Below, piece by piece: positions 1 to 14,000 of a stretch of 64,000 nucleotides of DNA. The translations under genes and the position numbers were made by a program. How positions within the stretch are numbered: position 1 is the first letter of the stretch; each line of letters begins with the position of its first letter. Where the stretch lies: positions 70,000 to 133,999 of the forward strand of contig RBZT01000313.1 in the NCBI GenBank assembly GCA_003693705.1, read 5' to 3'. The notes beneath the pieces were generated by a model. The model was not told where the DNA came from. It searched no databases and worked only from the letters and a program-made list of their open reading frames with translations. The DNA comes from Polymyxa betae A26-41. Lineage: Eukaryota > Protista > Endomyxa: Phytomyxea.

Positions 1-207
1 CGGTTTGTAGCAACTGTTAATGGCACAGCTTGTGCCATTCCTCGAATGATCATTGCTATAATGGAACAATTTCAGGTAGCAAACTCACTTGATTTATTAG
101 CATCGCCTGATCTACTCGGTTAGAATGATTTAGGTGTTGTCATTCCGCAAGTGCTACGACCTTACATGGGAGGAATCGAGATGGTTCGATTCCGGACGCG
201 GACATAG
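1..207 (+). CDS. Seryl-tRNA synthetase, 3' end (probably organellar type; truncated by window edge)
   Basis: Splicing a GT..AG intron at 76-123 gives RFVATVNGTACAIPRMIIAIMEQFQ/NDLGVVIPQVLRPYMGGIEM...*, the class-II motif 3 and C-terminus typical of SerRS (T(L/V)NGTA.A.PR...E..Q...V.IP.VLRPYM). Confidence 0.9.
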
Positions 208-313
208 ATATTGTTTTCAATATATTTACCATGTTGTTCGATGATCTGACGCGTGCCAACCGCTTTGAAATGATATGACACGTCAGAACCTATACAGTAC
301 GTTTGCAGCTGAA

Positions 314-1974
314 ATGAAGTCTAGTTCATTGGTTGCCGTCATCCTTGTTGCCATCTCATGTCAGGCATCAACTGACATCTTGGACCATCTCGTACCGATA
401 CTCGTTGGAAACGGGGGCATGGGAGCTTTGCAATTTGAGGTCGACACAGCAGATACAATATCAACAGCATGCTCACAGAAATATTCGGCTTTCCAAACAG
501 TTTGCACATTGTCAGCGGATTCCGCCAGTTGTTCCGGTACGTCCAGCTGCTTTTATAAAAGACAACGAGCATTCGCTGCCGTTGTTGCAGCATGCACAGC
601 CTCTTCCAATCTAAATGTTCTATACGACGCTGCTCATCAGTATGTTTCTGATATGGTTTGATTACATCAAATACTTAACTGCTGTTTTTTCTGAGATTGA
701 ATTGTTTTAGGGTCGATGTCTTAAATCCAACAATCAATACTGCTATGTCAACGGTCAAAACTTATTGGCAGGCATCGCGAACAGTACGCTCTCGGCCGAT
801 GGCACTCATCAGGTTCTCAGTAAAATTTGTACAAGCCCAGCTGGTTGCATTGGCAAGGCACTGGCCTGGAGTATCGATCCAACCGAGCGCGACGCATGTC
901 GCTTATCAAGTGAGAACAACCAATGGTGTGCGAGGGAGCTTTTTGATCTGAAAAACCTGATTGCTTCGAAACCGAATTCGGTCCCTGATATGTCGCTTCT
1001 CTGCACACCGTGCACTCGAAGATTCGGCTACTTTCCAAAATACAAGATCGATACGTATTGCATGGTAGGGAACAAATCTCAGACTTGTTTGTATTTACTA
1101 AAAGATTGTCAGAGGACTGGCGGCTCGTTCTGTGGTGACTTGCTTGCTTCAACTTTTAACCGATCAGGAACTTTAGCGAAGACATCCCCATGCGCCGACA
1201 TGGACATCTCCTCTCCTGGGTATATTATATACTCAGCAATATCATTTGGCAGAAGCCGCTCTAAATCTTTATGCAGATCCTGTACCGATTCTTGTCGAGA
1301 CTTCTTAACTGGGGTTGTTGCTGAATCTGGTTGCTGCTTGAGTTCTGCCTTGCAGCAGGCCATCGCTGCCGCTTCATCAGACGACGCCAACCGGTTGCAG
1401 GCACAGATCGCGTATTACCAATCGGATTGCGGAATCAATATTCCAGACGCATGCGATGGGCCCGCTCAAACATCGATCTCGTTTAACATTCGTATCACAA
1501 ACTTGGCAAATCCAGGGAAAAATGCTGCTAGCCTGTGTTCTTTGATCCAAACAGAGGTCGGCGGTTGGTTCGGTGTGAGACCCAGTCGGATAAGCTGTAT
1601 CTATTCCGCCAATACAGCAGGCTCTTTCCAAATCGATTTCTTCAGCAGCTCGGGCTATATTAAGGTTCGGGGATTGAACCTCATCGTTCTTCGCGACATT
1701 TTGGGGATTGATGACTTCATCGTGTTTCGCGAAATTAACGTGTTATGTTCATTAGGACGATTTGAGTTACATCCAGCAACAAAGCAGTGACGGTACTCTA
1801 CAAATGCCCCTGATTACGAGTGATTATTGGAGCGATACGACATTGGGTACAACAGTTCAGGTTAGCAATGTCGCCAGTGATAACAAATATTCGCATACAA
1901 GCCATGCCTATTCCATGTCATCAACAGTACTGCCGATTCTTATCATGATTGCTGCAATATTTGTCCTGTTCTGA
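314..1974 (+). CDS. Secreted cysteine-rich surface protein with hydrophobic C-terminal tail (candidate GPI anchor); multi-exon orphan
   Basis: N-terminal signal peptide MKSSSLVAVILVAISCQA; many Cys across ORFs 275-661 and 765-1790; last exon ends SSTVLPILIMIAAIFVLF*. No recognisable family. Confidence 0.7.
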
Positions 1975-2157
1975 TTGCCTTCAATCATTATGAAATATCT
2001 GTAAAGTTACAGTTCAAGCAATGTAATTATTCAACAAAAAATATTAAAATTTGGTATCTCTTGAAAAAATTTCATTCGTGTTAGTCACGGAGTCCGGGAC
2101 GGATTCCGATCCAGACTCGGAACTTCAAGTTGAATTTTCACCAGCTGAAACAGGATA

Positions 2158-4842
2158 ATGGCAGGGAAGAAGAATCTTGAAAAAAAGGGCAAAAAGCCTG
2201 AAAAGCCACAGAAGGCTGCTGATGAGTCGAAGTCGATTATCACCGATAAACGATTTCAGCATGTTCATTCCGATCCGAGATTTCAAATTATGCCGAAAAA
2301 GCAGCGAAAATTACAGATCGATAAGCGATTCCAAGGGATGTTCACAGACCCAAGATTTAAGACTAATTGTCAGCAAATTCCGTCTTTCACTCTGATCGTT
2401 TATTAATTATTGAATTTAATAGATACCGTTGATAAGTATGGGCGAAAAGTCGAGACCGACACGTATGGTGATGACCTTCATCGAATGTACGATATCGAAG
2501 GCGATGACGAAGATGAACGACCGGAATCCGAGTCGGAGAACGCAATCGAAGATCCCGATCGCGATGTGTCGCGAGTCGGATTCGACGTAGATTCTTCGGA
2601 CGACGAATCATCAGACGACGACGAAGTCGAGGTCGACTCTGCAGCTGCCGCCAAAGTCAGCCTTGGATATTGATGATCTGTTGCATCTCTCTCTAAGATG
2701 GGTTTTAGAGCACCGAGCCAGAAGAAGACATCCCCATGGGTGACGAGACACCTCGATTCGCGGTCGTCAACCTGGAATGGGATCGCCTTCGTGCTGTTGA
2801 CCTTTTGGTCTTATTCCAGTATGACTCGATGCAGTTGACATCGTTGCAATTGTCTTTGACAAATTCCTCAGGTCATTTGCTGCTGATACCGGATTCGTCA
2901 AAAACGTCTCGATCTATTCATCCGAGTATGGGCGCGAAATGATGAAGAAAGAACAAGAATCCGTACGTCGTACTGGCCGCTCTCGAATATAACATAAAAA
3001 GTGATTACTGCAGGGCCCGCAAGATATTTGGAAGAACAAAGACGATGATGATAACGATGATGGTAGTGAGAGTTCCGAACGTGATAGTGACGATGATGGA
3101 GGTTTGATATTGTTTGAATAGATCGATATCTGTAATGTTTATAATGGTTTTAGATCTGGATATGGAACGGGTCCGAAATTACGAGAAGCAGAAGCTGAAA
3201 TACTATTTCGCTGTTGTGACTTGTTCATCGGTGGAATGCGCTGCCCATCTCTATTCACAATGCGACGGCAACGAATTCGAACAGACGTCGAATATGCTCG
3301 ATCTGCGATTCATTCCCGATGATCAACAGTTTTCTGAAGAACATCTCAGGTTCGTTCTACATTCTAGTCAGTATTGCAGAATTGGATGTTGACAGTTACT
3401 GCAGGGATTCTGCTCATGAAGTCCCTTCAAACTATACACCGACTGAATTCTACACATCATCCTTGAAGCATACAAATATGAAATGCACCTGGGATGCCGA
3501 AGACCCTAATCGTAAAGACTTTTTTCAGCGCAGAATCTCGAACCTGAAACCCGACGATCGCGACATTGAAGTTGGAATGAAATGGTTTTGAGAGAATTCA
3601 GCAATAACGGAATGGGTTTAGGTGTACCTGGCTCCTGCTGAAAGTGACGCTGAAGGCAGCGATTTCGTCATTTCTGCTGATGAATCCGATGGTGAAGGCA
3701 ACAAGGTCGTTCTGAAGAAAAGGGCAAGAAGTCGTTATTTGGCGTTGCTTGAAGGTGATTGATATCGTCATTGACAATTTGTAGCTGTTCTAAAAAGGCT
3801 TTAGAAATCAATGCTAAAGCCGATGGGAATGATGCCGATAAACAGATGGGTGACATCACTATCTCATTTGAGCCAGGTCTCAGCAACGCAGGACAAGCCA
3901 TTTTGGACGCTAAGAAGAAAAAGGAACAGATCGCTAATGAGACGGTCTGGGAGGCCAGACAGCGTAAACGAAAAGAGAAAAAAATGTCTGTTGGCAATTT
4001 GAGGATATCCGAGAATTGGAACTGAGTCTCTGTTAACAGGCAAAAGAAATCCGATCTGGTTGAAGAGGCTGGTGTCGACCAACTTACCAAAGATGAAATG
4101 GACGATCCATTCTTCCGCGACGCCTTCAAGGATGACCATTATGTCGAACAGACCAAGACGAAATCAAAGAAATCAGCAGTGAAGCTAACTCCTGAACAGG
4201 TCACTTGTGTTTGATTGATGATATCGTGTCTAGCGACCAATGGTGTTAACTTGACCGATTAGGCTGAGGAGGAGGACAGGAAGAGAGCTGAATTAGAGCT
4301 TCTGGTGATGGATGAAGGCAGAGACAATGCCACCGATGCTCTACATCGTAATAAGGGTTATAACCTTCAGCAGCTCGTTGAGGCTCATGAAGGCAAGGGC
4401 AAACGCAAGAAGAAATCTCATAAGCGTGACGACATTGCTAATGACGACGGATTGCTTGTCGAAGGTGATTTCTGCTTGCTCGTTGCTACTGATATTTGGA
4501 CTGAAACCATTTGCTGCAGGAAACGGCGGCGCTGAACTCAATGTCAATAACATTATTGAGGATAAGCGATTCGGAGCAATCTTCGAGAAAGAAGAGTTCG
4601 CTATCGACCCAACAGATCCTGCCTTTAAGAACACTGAGGTCATGGCAAAGCTGCAGCAAGTTCGGCAAAAGATCCGCAAAGAGAAGAACGCCAAAACAGA
4701 GGAATCTGTGCGAGAAAGGAAGCGAAAGGCGTTGGAAGGTGACCTGAAAGAATCGGAACAACAGAAACCTGGCAAAGTAGATACGGCAACTCTGGTTCGC
4801 AAGTTAAAGAGCAACGCCATGAAAAGGAAGAAACAAAATTAA
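2158..4842 (+). CDS. ESF1: ESF1 pre-rRNA processing protein (NUC153 domain), multi-exon
   Basis: ITDKRFQHVHSDPRF, IDKRFQGMF...VDKYGR, RFAVVNLEWDRLRAVDL, YEKQKLKYYFAVV, YSQCDGNEFE...LDLRFIPDD, and NUC153-like DKRFGAIFEKEEFAIDPTDPAFKNT. Confidence 0.95.
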
Positions 4843-4863
4843 ATTATACCAATGACAAGCGAT

Positions 4864-5402
4864 TTATTTCCTGGATTTTCCCTTGGCGGGAATTGTGTAG
4901 GCCGCTAACATCAGCGAAAACAGACCAGATGTTGCAAATATCAAGGCACTGGATGAACGTGAGGCTGCCTTTGTCAAGCCTTTAGCAGTCGCATCCCAGT
5001 ACTATAGAGAGCATTAAACAAGCGGTGGGCAGCGATAATGTAATCCTTACCAGATGACGCATCCCACCCAGATAATGGTAAACCAACGGAAATCCAATCG
5101 ATAATTTAAACAAAGGGACAGTGATGGGAGCCGATTCCTGGATTCCATGAACAATATCCATTACGCTTCCGCCCGATACCTCAATTAGGCCAGCTCCAGC
5201 TACGACTACAACGACCAGCTCAGAAGCCAATCTCCACATATCCCGACACCATACCGCCAGACAAGACGACTCCCGTGACACGGTTGGTGATGGACGAGAT
5301 CGCCGCCAACGGGAACTTGTAGATGGTGACATGTGGCGAGATTGGCCGGGCATGCGACAGCGCCCTGGTCTGCAATAGATGCAGGGATCGACGAAGAAAC
5401 AT
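4864..5402 (-). CDS. SDHC: Succinate dehydrogenase cytochrome b560 subunit
   Basis: Mitochondrial presequence followed by RPISPHVTIYKFPLAAISSITNRVTG and the heme-ligand region YHYLGGMRHL/YWD; three exons; TAA at 4864-4866. Confidence 0.95.
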
Positions 5403-5609
5403 CGCTCAAAACGAAATCTAAATGGAGACTGCTATAGAAGCTGCCTTATGTGCGCTGACTATAGACGGCTTACGTTACGTGACGCAGTCGGCTCCAATGC
5501 TCTCTCATCTCGACTTGTCTAATGAGACAGGTCTCCAGTGTAAATAAATAAATGTAACGTGATTAAGGGAGTATTACAGTACAAGAGGCTGCTTCGAATC
5601 TCGTTTGCT

Positions 5610-8060
5610 TTATTGGCGAAGCTTTAAGAAAAACTGCTTAAAGTATCGTGCTTCGCTGGTCACAGTCCGGTTCAGGATCTCGGGGTCGGCGCCTGGTGGT
5701 AAGTTCACCACCGTCTTGATACTGGCTCCAGCCTCCTCGATCGCGTCCAGAAACTGGATGATCTCGTGAAAGAAGTCGTCGTTGAACAGCATCATGTGTT
5801 TGGATAGGTTGTCAGCCAATGCTAATAGGCATCGTTTTGTGTAGAACCAGGTATCCGGGCTCAATTTTCGGTTGAATGGTTCTAGCAAAAGATTCAGCCA
5901 AGTTTTTCTGAATGTAGTCATATTTGTACCTAAACTCTTCATGATTCGTGACATTCCAAACTTATAGTTGAGTTTCGAGCAATACAGTGTGCCGATAACG
6001 AGGTTAACAATGCATAAGTGATAAAGCTGGGCTGGATTCCCTTCACTATCGAACTCCATCAGATCCTCTTCCTTCTCGATCTGAAACCTCATTATTATAA
6101 TGCTACACATATTCGCCAGATAATTACCTGATTCATAAGTTCCTGAGCAACATCGTTCTGCGAGGTCATGATGTACGAGACACAAAGATTTGCAAGCACC
6201 ATTGCAGTCACATCTATCTATTCTTAGAATGCAGAATACAGAAAACCAAGGAGTCCTACCAAGAATGCTGTTGGCAGCCTGCTTCTTCACAATCGGTTCA
6301 TAATATCTAATGGCTTCCTTGAACTTATTCTCTTGCATAAAAAACGTATGTGCGACATTCAGTCTCCAGACATCATGATCGCTGCAGAATTCAGCCGATT
6401 GCTTGAAAATGGCTTCAACAGCAGCATAATTCTGCCGATCCCAATAAATCCTGGCCTGTGACAGTAGGACGGGAATATATTGCTCCAATGCTTGATCGTA
6501 ATCTTTCAGTGACGCTTTAATCATCTCATTATCATGAGCTACCCGGCCGTCTTGAATGCTTTTCGTTAACTTCCTTAACTGGTCTATATGCTTGGCTGAG
6601 AGCAAATCGAACTTTCTGAATGCTTCTTCGGGGGATGATTGCACCAGTATGGTTGCCTCTGGATTCTCATTTAGATCCCAACATAATCATTACCCGGGCA
6701 GTTCTCGTACCCAGATGCTCATACAGCTCTTGACTCAAATGGGTTTCTCGTAGATGTTGATTAGCGGCAAGCAGGTCACCAGCCAGGTCGAAATATCCCA
6801 ATTTGCAATACAGCAGCAACAGATTCCCGAAAGTTTCCGGCGGAAACGTACTTTGCCCTGATCGTTAAATTAGCTGCTGAGCACGATGGCAAAGAATCAC
6901 TCCAACCAAGAAGGAAATTGAGCTTCTTCAAGCCATTATTGGGATCGATATTCATATTAACAAGTGCTTGGTTATGAAGAGTTACAGGATCCAGTTCATC
7001 TTCTGCTCTTGGTGGCATATCGAGCAATGCTTCACGAGCGGCTTCCATATTGTTCAGCTGATATTCAGTGGCAGACTTCAGATTGAATGCTTCGACCAGC
7101 ATGCTCTCTCGTAACACCTGCACATAATCAGCCACGAATTCAAACTCGGAGCGACTTTCTGTGAAGACCTGGCTGTTGCCAACACTTCTGACTTCCACAC
7201 CATCACCAGCGCTGCCAACACTAAGCTCAGGATGTTCGTGAATCCCACGCTCAATGATATCAGCGACATGTTTTAATGCCTGCCCATACTGTCCTGCAGC
7301 GTTTTATTCAGCTTGGAGCCGACAATTATGGTTCGGATAACCTAATTTGTAATAGCACAGAGCAGTATTATAGGAGATATCTGGAAGATAACCGATCTGA
7401 TTCTTAGCATCCGCTAGACGATTGATTGCTTCTTCAAATCGTTCGTCTTTGAAGGCGATACATGCATCCGTTGTTGCAGCGTCTATAGATGCATTACAAT
7501 CAGATTCAATTTTCCATCCTTCATATGACATCTCCCAACCAGGATCCGATCTCGGCAGAGATTCGTCAATCAGAGCTCGACATCCAACCAGGTCGTTCAA
7601 TTCGTATTTGATAGCGGCCTGGACCAGCACGACCTTTCGCGAATGCTGCGGGTCGGTGATTGAATAGCAAACACGCAGGGCCTGGTCGTACATGCCCGCC
7701 TTATAGAGTGATTGGGCGTAATAGACGCGATACTCATCGATGCCTTGATGATGTTTGACAATCTCTTCATACGTATTAGCAGCCGCCCCGAATTCCTAAT
7801 AAGTTTAATCTCAGGGGACGCACGCCACGCTATCAGAAGAAGCGATTGATATCGACCTGCATGTAATAATAACAATGACCGAGCAGAGATAGACACGCTC
7901 GTGATTTCGGGTACTCGCGTAGCTCAGCAAGCAGTAGACGAACTGCCTCGGAATACTGGCCATCGCGTATCTTCCCGTATATGAGTGCCGTCTTGTTCTG
8001 GTCACTGACCTTCTTCTGAATGCCGCCATGGGCATTCAATGCCGTCTGCGGCCGAGCCAT
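5610..8060 (-). CDS. IFT70: Intraflagellar transport protein 70 (TTC30/fleer), TPR protein, multi-exon
   Basis: SRACLSLLGHCYY, LVEAFNLKSATEY, MPPRAEDELDPVTLHNQAL, WRLNVAHTFFMQENKFKEAI, YHLCIVNLVIGTLYC, DTWFYTKRCLL are TTC30 hallmark segments. Confidence 0.95.
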
Positions 8061-8163
8061 CACAACAAGATGTTATGATACAGGAGCAGTTACACGACAT
8101 ACTGGCCCGTCTAGTCACACTGATGAAAATGATGGACGTTGTTTTGAAACAATTTTTATACAG

Positions 8164-9013
8164 CTAGACAGTGGATGAGGAATTCAATCGAATGCGCTTG
8201 TTCGGACCGGAATCTTGCGAACATTGCTCGAGTTTGGAGCGGCAGACAGAGAGGTCGGAGAGGCAGGCGGCCAACGATGCCTTCTCCGAGTTCAAGCGCT
8301 CGGTTAAAAGCGCGATCAGCTGCTGAATTCGACATCGGCGCGCTTCGAGCCGCGTTTCGTGAGCTTGAATAGAGTTGAGTCCCAGCGGGGATGGATTGGA
8401 TAAATAAGGGGCAGCACCAGCAGCGACCAGGACATCTTCGAGCGCCGCGCTGTTGTGCTGTTTTAGCAGGTCGATTAGTGGAACCTTTTCCTGGTTTATT
8501 GGTTCAGGTTTGTTCTCCAATCGAACCAACAGCTTAGTAACCAGCGCTGGATCGAAAATTAACCTTTGCTGCCAGACTTTGAATGTTCGGAGCACACGAG
8601 ATAGCACTGCCGAATCGCAGCGCCTGATGATATGGTCGACCATAAATATGAGACGAGGTTCGAATTGTTGAATGAATGGATTAGATCGGCCCTTGAAGGC
8701 ATGGGCGATATCATTCAAAAGGTAGACGAATGCCAGACATTTCGATGGATCTGCTCGGGTGAACTCTTCCCACCAAACGTCGACAATAACTTGAGCATCG
8801 TCGCCGTGAAATTGGGCATATTTGGAAAGCGCTAAGACAAGATTAGATAGAGATTCTGTGTATTAGAGTAAGAAAAACTCTGTTTGAAGGAGGCCGACGA
8901 TATTGGAAGAAGAATTTATCAACCGACTCACTCTCAATACTAGTTTGTGATGTTGACAGCTGCCGGAGGTTACCCCTGAACCGTTCTCCAGCTGGATTTA
9001 GCATTTGGGCCAT
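8164..9013 (-). CDS. RNA polymerase II CTD-interacting domain (CID) protein, RPRD1/Rtt103-like
   Basis: The spliced N-terminus LRQLSTSQTSIE/TLSKYAQFHGDDAQVIVDVWWEEFTRADPSKCLAFVYLLNDIA matches the RPRD1 CID pattern; a coiled-coil C-terminus follows. Confidence 0.8.
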
Positions 9014-9446
9014 AAATCGTCGTCGGCGTTACTCCGGTAGTCTCTGATGGTCAGCGATCAGAGCGGCATGGGTGAGATTTGGGACGACGAACAACAATGG
9101 GAAAGTGCAGAACAGCGATGAACTGTACTGAGTTGGAGGGCGGCGCCAGCACTGAGATAACGGACTCAGTCGGCTCACACTGCGTTACCCAACACCCTCA
9201 GCACTCAGCTCATTGCAATTTCTGCGCTCGTGACGCACTTTTCTATTTAAGTTGTTCAAGACTACCGCAATTTATTGCAAACAGAGATTGCGTCAATTAC
9301 ATCTAACTTAGGTATCATGTGGGTTCTGGCTTTTGCTAGAAATCGAATAGTGTAGACGATGTTATTGATGAAGCATCAGGTTGTAATGCAATTTTGATCG
9401 GTTTCTCAATAAACTGATACAACAGTGCGATTGATTTATGAAAAAG

Positions 9447-10771
9447 TTAGGCGGTGGGTCCTTGGTAAGGTGTGAACATGAACTGAGAGAACTGCTTTAG
9501 GCGATCAGGACCTCGAACTTCTTCATCCAACAATGGCATGGTAGTGACATGGAAATCTTCGTAGAGATCAGCGATCTGGTCCCTGTATTTCTTTTGCATA
9601 TGAACACGGGCTGAGCACTTTGAACAGTTCTCATTTGGATCTGGAAACAGAACCTGCAAGTCATCAACGAGTCAGTCCATCAAATCAAACTGGATGAAAA
9701 AAATTTCAAACCTGATTGACGATAATATTGTGAGTATCGATGCCGAATTTCGTTAGCTCCTGGACAAGGCGTTCCGTTTCAAACAGAGACAGGAATTCGG
9801 GAATGCAAACGCAGATGAAGGATGTCAGATCGTCGTTTTTGAACTGAGCGTTAACTTTCTCAATGACCGCTTTCGAAGATTCCAACTTGGACCTAGAGAT
9901 TTTAATCAATATTGCAGAAGTTTTCTAAAAAATGTTGTACAATATCGAATCCTGCGAAATACTGGATTGCCCCATCATATTCGAAAGCTGAGAGAATATG
10001 CCCGAGAACCGATCCTTGATCGACACCACCTTGCTTAAAGCCTTTTCTAAAATTGAAGGAAAAGAAAGCAATCGTAGTGTGTGCCCTACCACGAAAATTC
10101 ACCAAGGATCACGAAATTAAAAATATCATAAACAGTCAACTCAAAAAAGAACCCAAAAGACAACGAACCGGTAGGAGCAGTATCAAATACGATAACACTG
10201 TACGACATTCCTTGAACTTGTTTCATCAGTTCAGCAAAAGACATGGCTTCATCAATTCCTGGAACAGAAGATACACTGCAAATAGATTATTTGATGTAAT
10301 TCGATAAAGTGGAATTTGAAAGCCTACATATCCGATATTAGGCTCAAATTTTGACTATTGATGCCAAGAGCATCATTTTCTTCGAGCTCAATGGTTGGAC
10401 TAATCTCCATCGCGAATAAATTGTTAAATCCATTAACTTGTGTAACCTGAATAAATGAAGAACTTTTAGCCCATTACAATCAGATTTCAGGGCATAGCAT
10501 TGTAACCTCTTTGGAAAACTGTTGACCAAACGCATCGCTCAAGTTATGGGCAGGATCAGTGGATATAATCAGGACCGATTCCCTCGTTTGAGCTAGCTGA
10601 ACCGCTAAGGCACAGGAGCTAGTCGTCTTGCCGACGCCGCCTTTGCCTCCGACAAAGATCCATTTCAGTGTATCCTTAAGAACAACGGTCAATAATGAAG
10701 GCTCTCAAGACAGACTGGATGACAACCTGTTCGATGATATTCCTCAACGAAGGATGTAGCGGCTCGTCCAT
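9447..10771 (-). CDS. GET3: GET3/ASNA1 tail-anchored protein insertion ATPase, multi-exon
   Basis: [85 protein letters not shown], CxxC (CSKC), EEVRG. Confidence 0.97.
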
Positions 10772-11053
10772 GACCGATATTCAAGGGTGAAATTGTGGCG
10801 GACTCCGAATATCCTTTCATATTTGTATACAAGAATCGATTCTCCTACAGGTTTTCGAACGTTCCGATTTGAAAACTTCCACGACAAGCAAGCAGGAAGG
10901 AAGCGTTCGACAAGAAATATAAGATAATGGTTGTTATATGCCTGGGTCGATGTTGCTGGTTTCGATAGCGGATAGTTTATAGTCACATACACAAATGAGA
11001 ATTGCCTCACGAACTAACATTTTATTCTGGATTATAAATTGATGTTTACAGAC

Positions 11054-14000
11054 TTATCTCGGGCTCTGCAGAACAGGTTTTTCAGATTTTCCACGAGCGA
11101 AGGTATTAAAGATTTCTTCCAGCGAAGTTTGGGATACGGAATAGTATTCGATGCGGTCGATGGATTCTAACCTTTCAAATAGCTCTGAGAGAAATAGGTT
11201 TTGCTCTGGAATCTGTAACCGGAAAATCAGACCTCCCAAGCGTTGCTTTATTGCTACAAACATACCTCAAATACCACATGCTGTCCATGCTTCGACTTAA
11301 GTTTAACATTCGACCATCGCTTTCTCAGAATGGCGTCAATTGCATCGCATACTTTCTCATTAGCCCACCAGGCTGCAAAATCCTAAGAAAAACGTTGAGG
11401 ATAAGATAGTAACAGATTAATTGATAATACCTCCCGAGTTACAGATTGCCTTCCAGATAAACGACCACCAAGGGAAGCGGATAGGAATCTTTCCGCCTTC
11501 AAAGGATCTTCTAAAGCCTCGCAAACTTTTTGCAGATTTTCTGAGGTAATCTCAAAAGGATCAATAGATCGAGCTATAGCGTTAATGGCCTCGGAATCTG
11601 GGATCCTGCTCCGGATTTCGACTGTGTAGCCTCTTCCGAATCTGCACTTCAATTTAGGGAGAAAGTACACAGAGATATGTAAGCAGACTTAGATTTTAAA
11701 TGTTGAACAGAACCAAGGCATTGAAGTTGGCCATTGATTAGAATGGCAACCCTTGAGCACAGCGCTTCGCATTCTTCCATTGAGTGCTGCACAGCAATGT
11801 AAAGATGCAGGATATATTGGCAAGCATAACCCTACTGTAGTTAACACCAACGCAGCATTCGTTGCCTTCACAATATTGGACACAACTCGCCATAAGAACC
11901 TTTTGGCATGTGGGTCCATTCCAGTAGATGGTTCGTCTTTGTGACATTCAATTAACCGTTTCTGCAAACTTTATGTGCCAAACCCAGAAAAATAACGCGA
12001 GGATTCCCAATCATTGCAATAGCAGCTGAAAGCTTCCGCTTGTTTCCTCCAGATAAGTATTCAGATGGAACATGTCGATACATGCCAAGCTGCATGGCAT
12101 CGATCATAGCAGGCACGGCAGAAAGAGGAATCCCTCTTATCATGCAGTACATTCTATTAATTGTCAGCGACACAGTTCAGACCTATCCATATCCGTTACC
12201 GCAGGTGTTCATCTACTGTTAACAGATCAAACAGTGCATCGAATTGCGGGCAATAGCCAGAATGTTTCCTAAGAGAAATTAATCAATTGTGCAATGAAAC
12301 TTACAGAATGAAACCTTGCAGAATATACATCTTTCACGATGTCATACCCATCGATAAAAGCGGTACCAGAAGAGGGTCTCTGAAATCCAGTGACACACTT
12401 CAGAGTTGTTGTCTTCCCGGCACCGTTTACACCGAGATAGCCAAAACATTCACCGGCACGAACTCCAAGCCACAATTCCTCCAGTGCCGTTTTCCCGTTG
12501 CTGTAAGTTTTCGACAGACCATGAATTTCCAAAGGATCACGGGACTGTCGCACCCTCTGAACTCGCTCCCGCTCTCGCTTGACATCCTGAACACAAAGCT
12601 AAGCGACAAGCGCATCTCTGGCATGAGACGAAACTAACAATATCTTCAAGTTCATACTCAGGGCGACTTGATCCACTAAATAGCGATAATGCTGTTTTCC
12701 AGTGTTTTTTCACTTTTCGGCGAATCTTTGATCCTAAACAAATAAGCCAATGGCATGATACGCTGTGCATGACATACGAGTCGATTCCTCATTGGCTGCT
12801 TTCGGCTGGGTCTCTCTAAAGGCAACCGCAATAAAAGAAACAATCAGCAGTAATCCTGTTAATGATCAACCAAAATCTGGACAGGACGCAAGTCCGCACC
12901 GAAATAAAGGAAATTTAAAGAGAGCAGTCTGAATCCGTTTCTCATCGTTCCAGCTTGGCTACATTCTTGCTTACTAATGCGCTGAATGCAGACTTGAATG
13001 GTCTGCCATACTGATTAAAAGGATGCATAATATGAGACGTTGACTATTACGTTGGTTTGCAAACGTAAGAGACCATCAATTAGATTAAATGCAGGAAGAG
13101 CAAGCAGCACATAGCGGGAATAGGAATACAGTTCAAAAGAGGTCAACGTCATCGAACCTAAGACCTTGCTAAGCCGATAGGATGGCATGTTCAAGCGTAA
13201 GACCTGGTATAGGGACAGCAAAGGCTTTCATAATATAGGCAATAATGCCTGCAAACACTTAGGAACAAATGAAGATAATCAATGCCTCCTGACGTGCCTA
13301 ATCCAGCCCCGGTAGCGATATTGAATACAAGCAACATTGCTAATGCATGAGGAGCAGAGCTAAACCGGAATGATAGCCAATATACAGACGGCACCATTGC
13401 AAGTCCATATGCAATAAACAATGCAACGACCACGAAATAAGCGTCATCTGTATCTTTTAAAGGACCCGAGTCTGAATAGCGAATCAAAAAGGTATCATTT
13501 ACCCATTAGCACACAAAACAACTTACAGTACATGATGATAACACAAGCGGCTGATATTGTGACTGCGATGAGAATCCATTAGAAATTACAAGACAGGGTA
13601 CGTTTTCAGACTGACTGAAAATGGTTGAAAAGTCCCAAATCGCGGCACCGGTCCAATATGTTATTTTACGAACGCCGCTCACGAGCTGTTGGAATTTCGT
13701 ATTGTGATGTGACTCTATCTCCATCACAGTGTGAGCGATAATCACTATAAATTACAATTTAAGGCAAATGACAAGGGAATCCGTTGAGATCTATTACTTG
13801 AAGGGCAGAACAAGAAAGCCAGTAGTACAGCCAAGGATTTGATGAAAGCATTAACGGCACCTTGGATTGACGCCAAAAGAGAATTTGGACAGTAGATGTT
13901 AGCATTTTGAATGTCAATCCCTCCGTTGAGGAAGGTATGAACTTGACATGGATATAGCAACGATCTGTAGTCAGTAAAATCGCAGCACACCGACTGCAGT

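Noticed and set aside
9447-10771. ArsA arsenic-resistance ATPase
   Set aside because: Single ATPase domain with the GET3-specific insert and CxxC motif, and an intron-containing gene; this is GET3.
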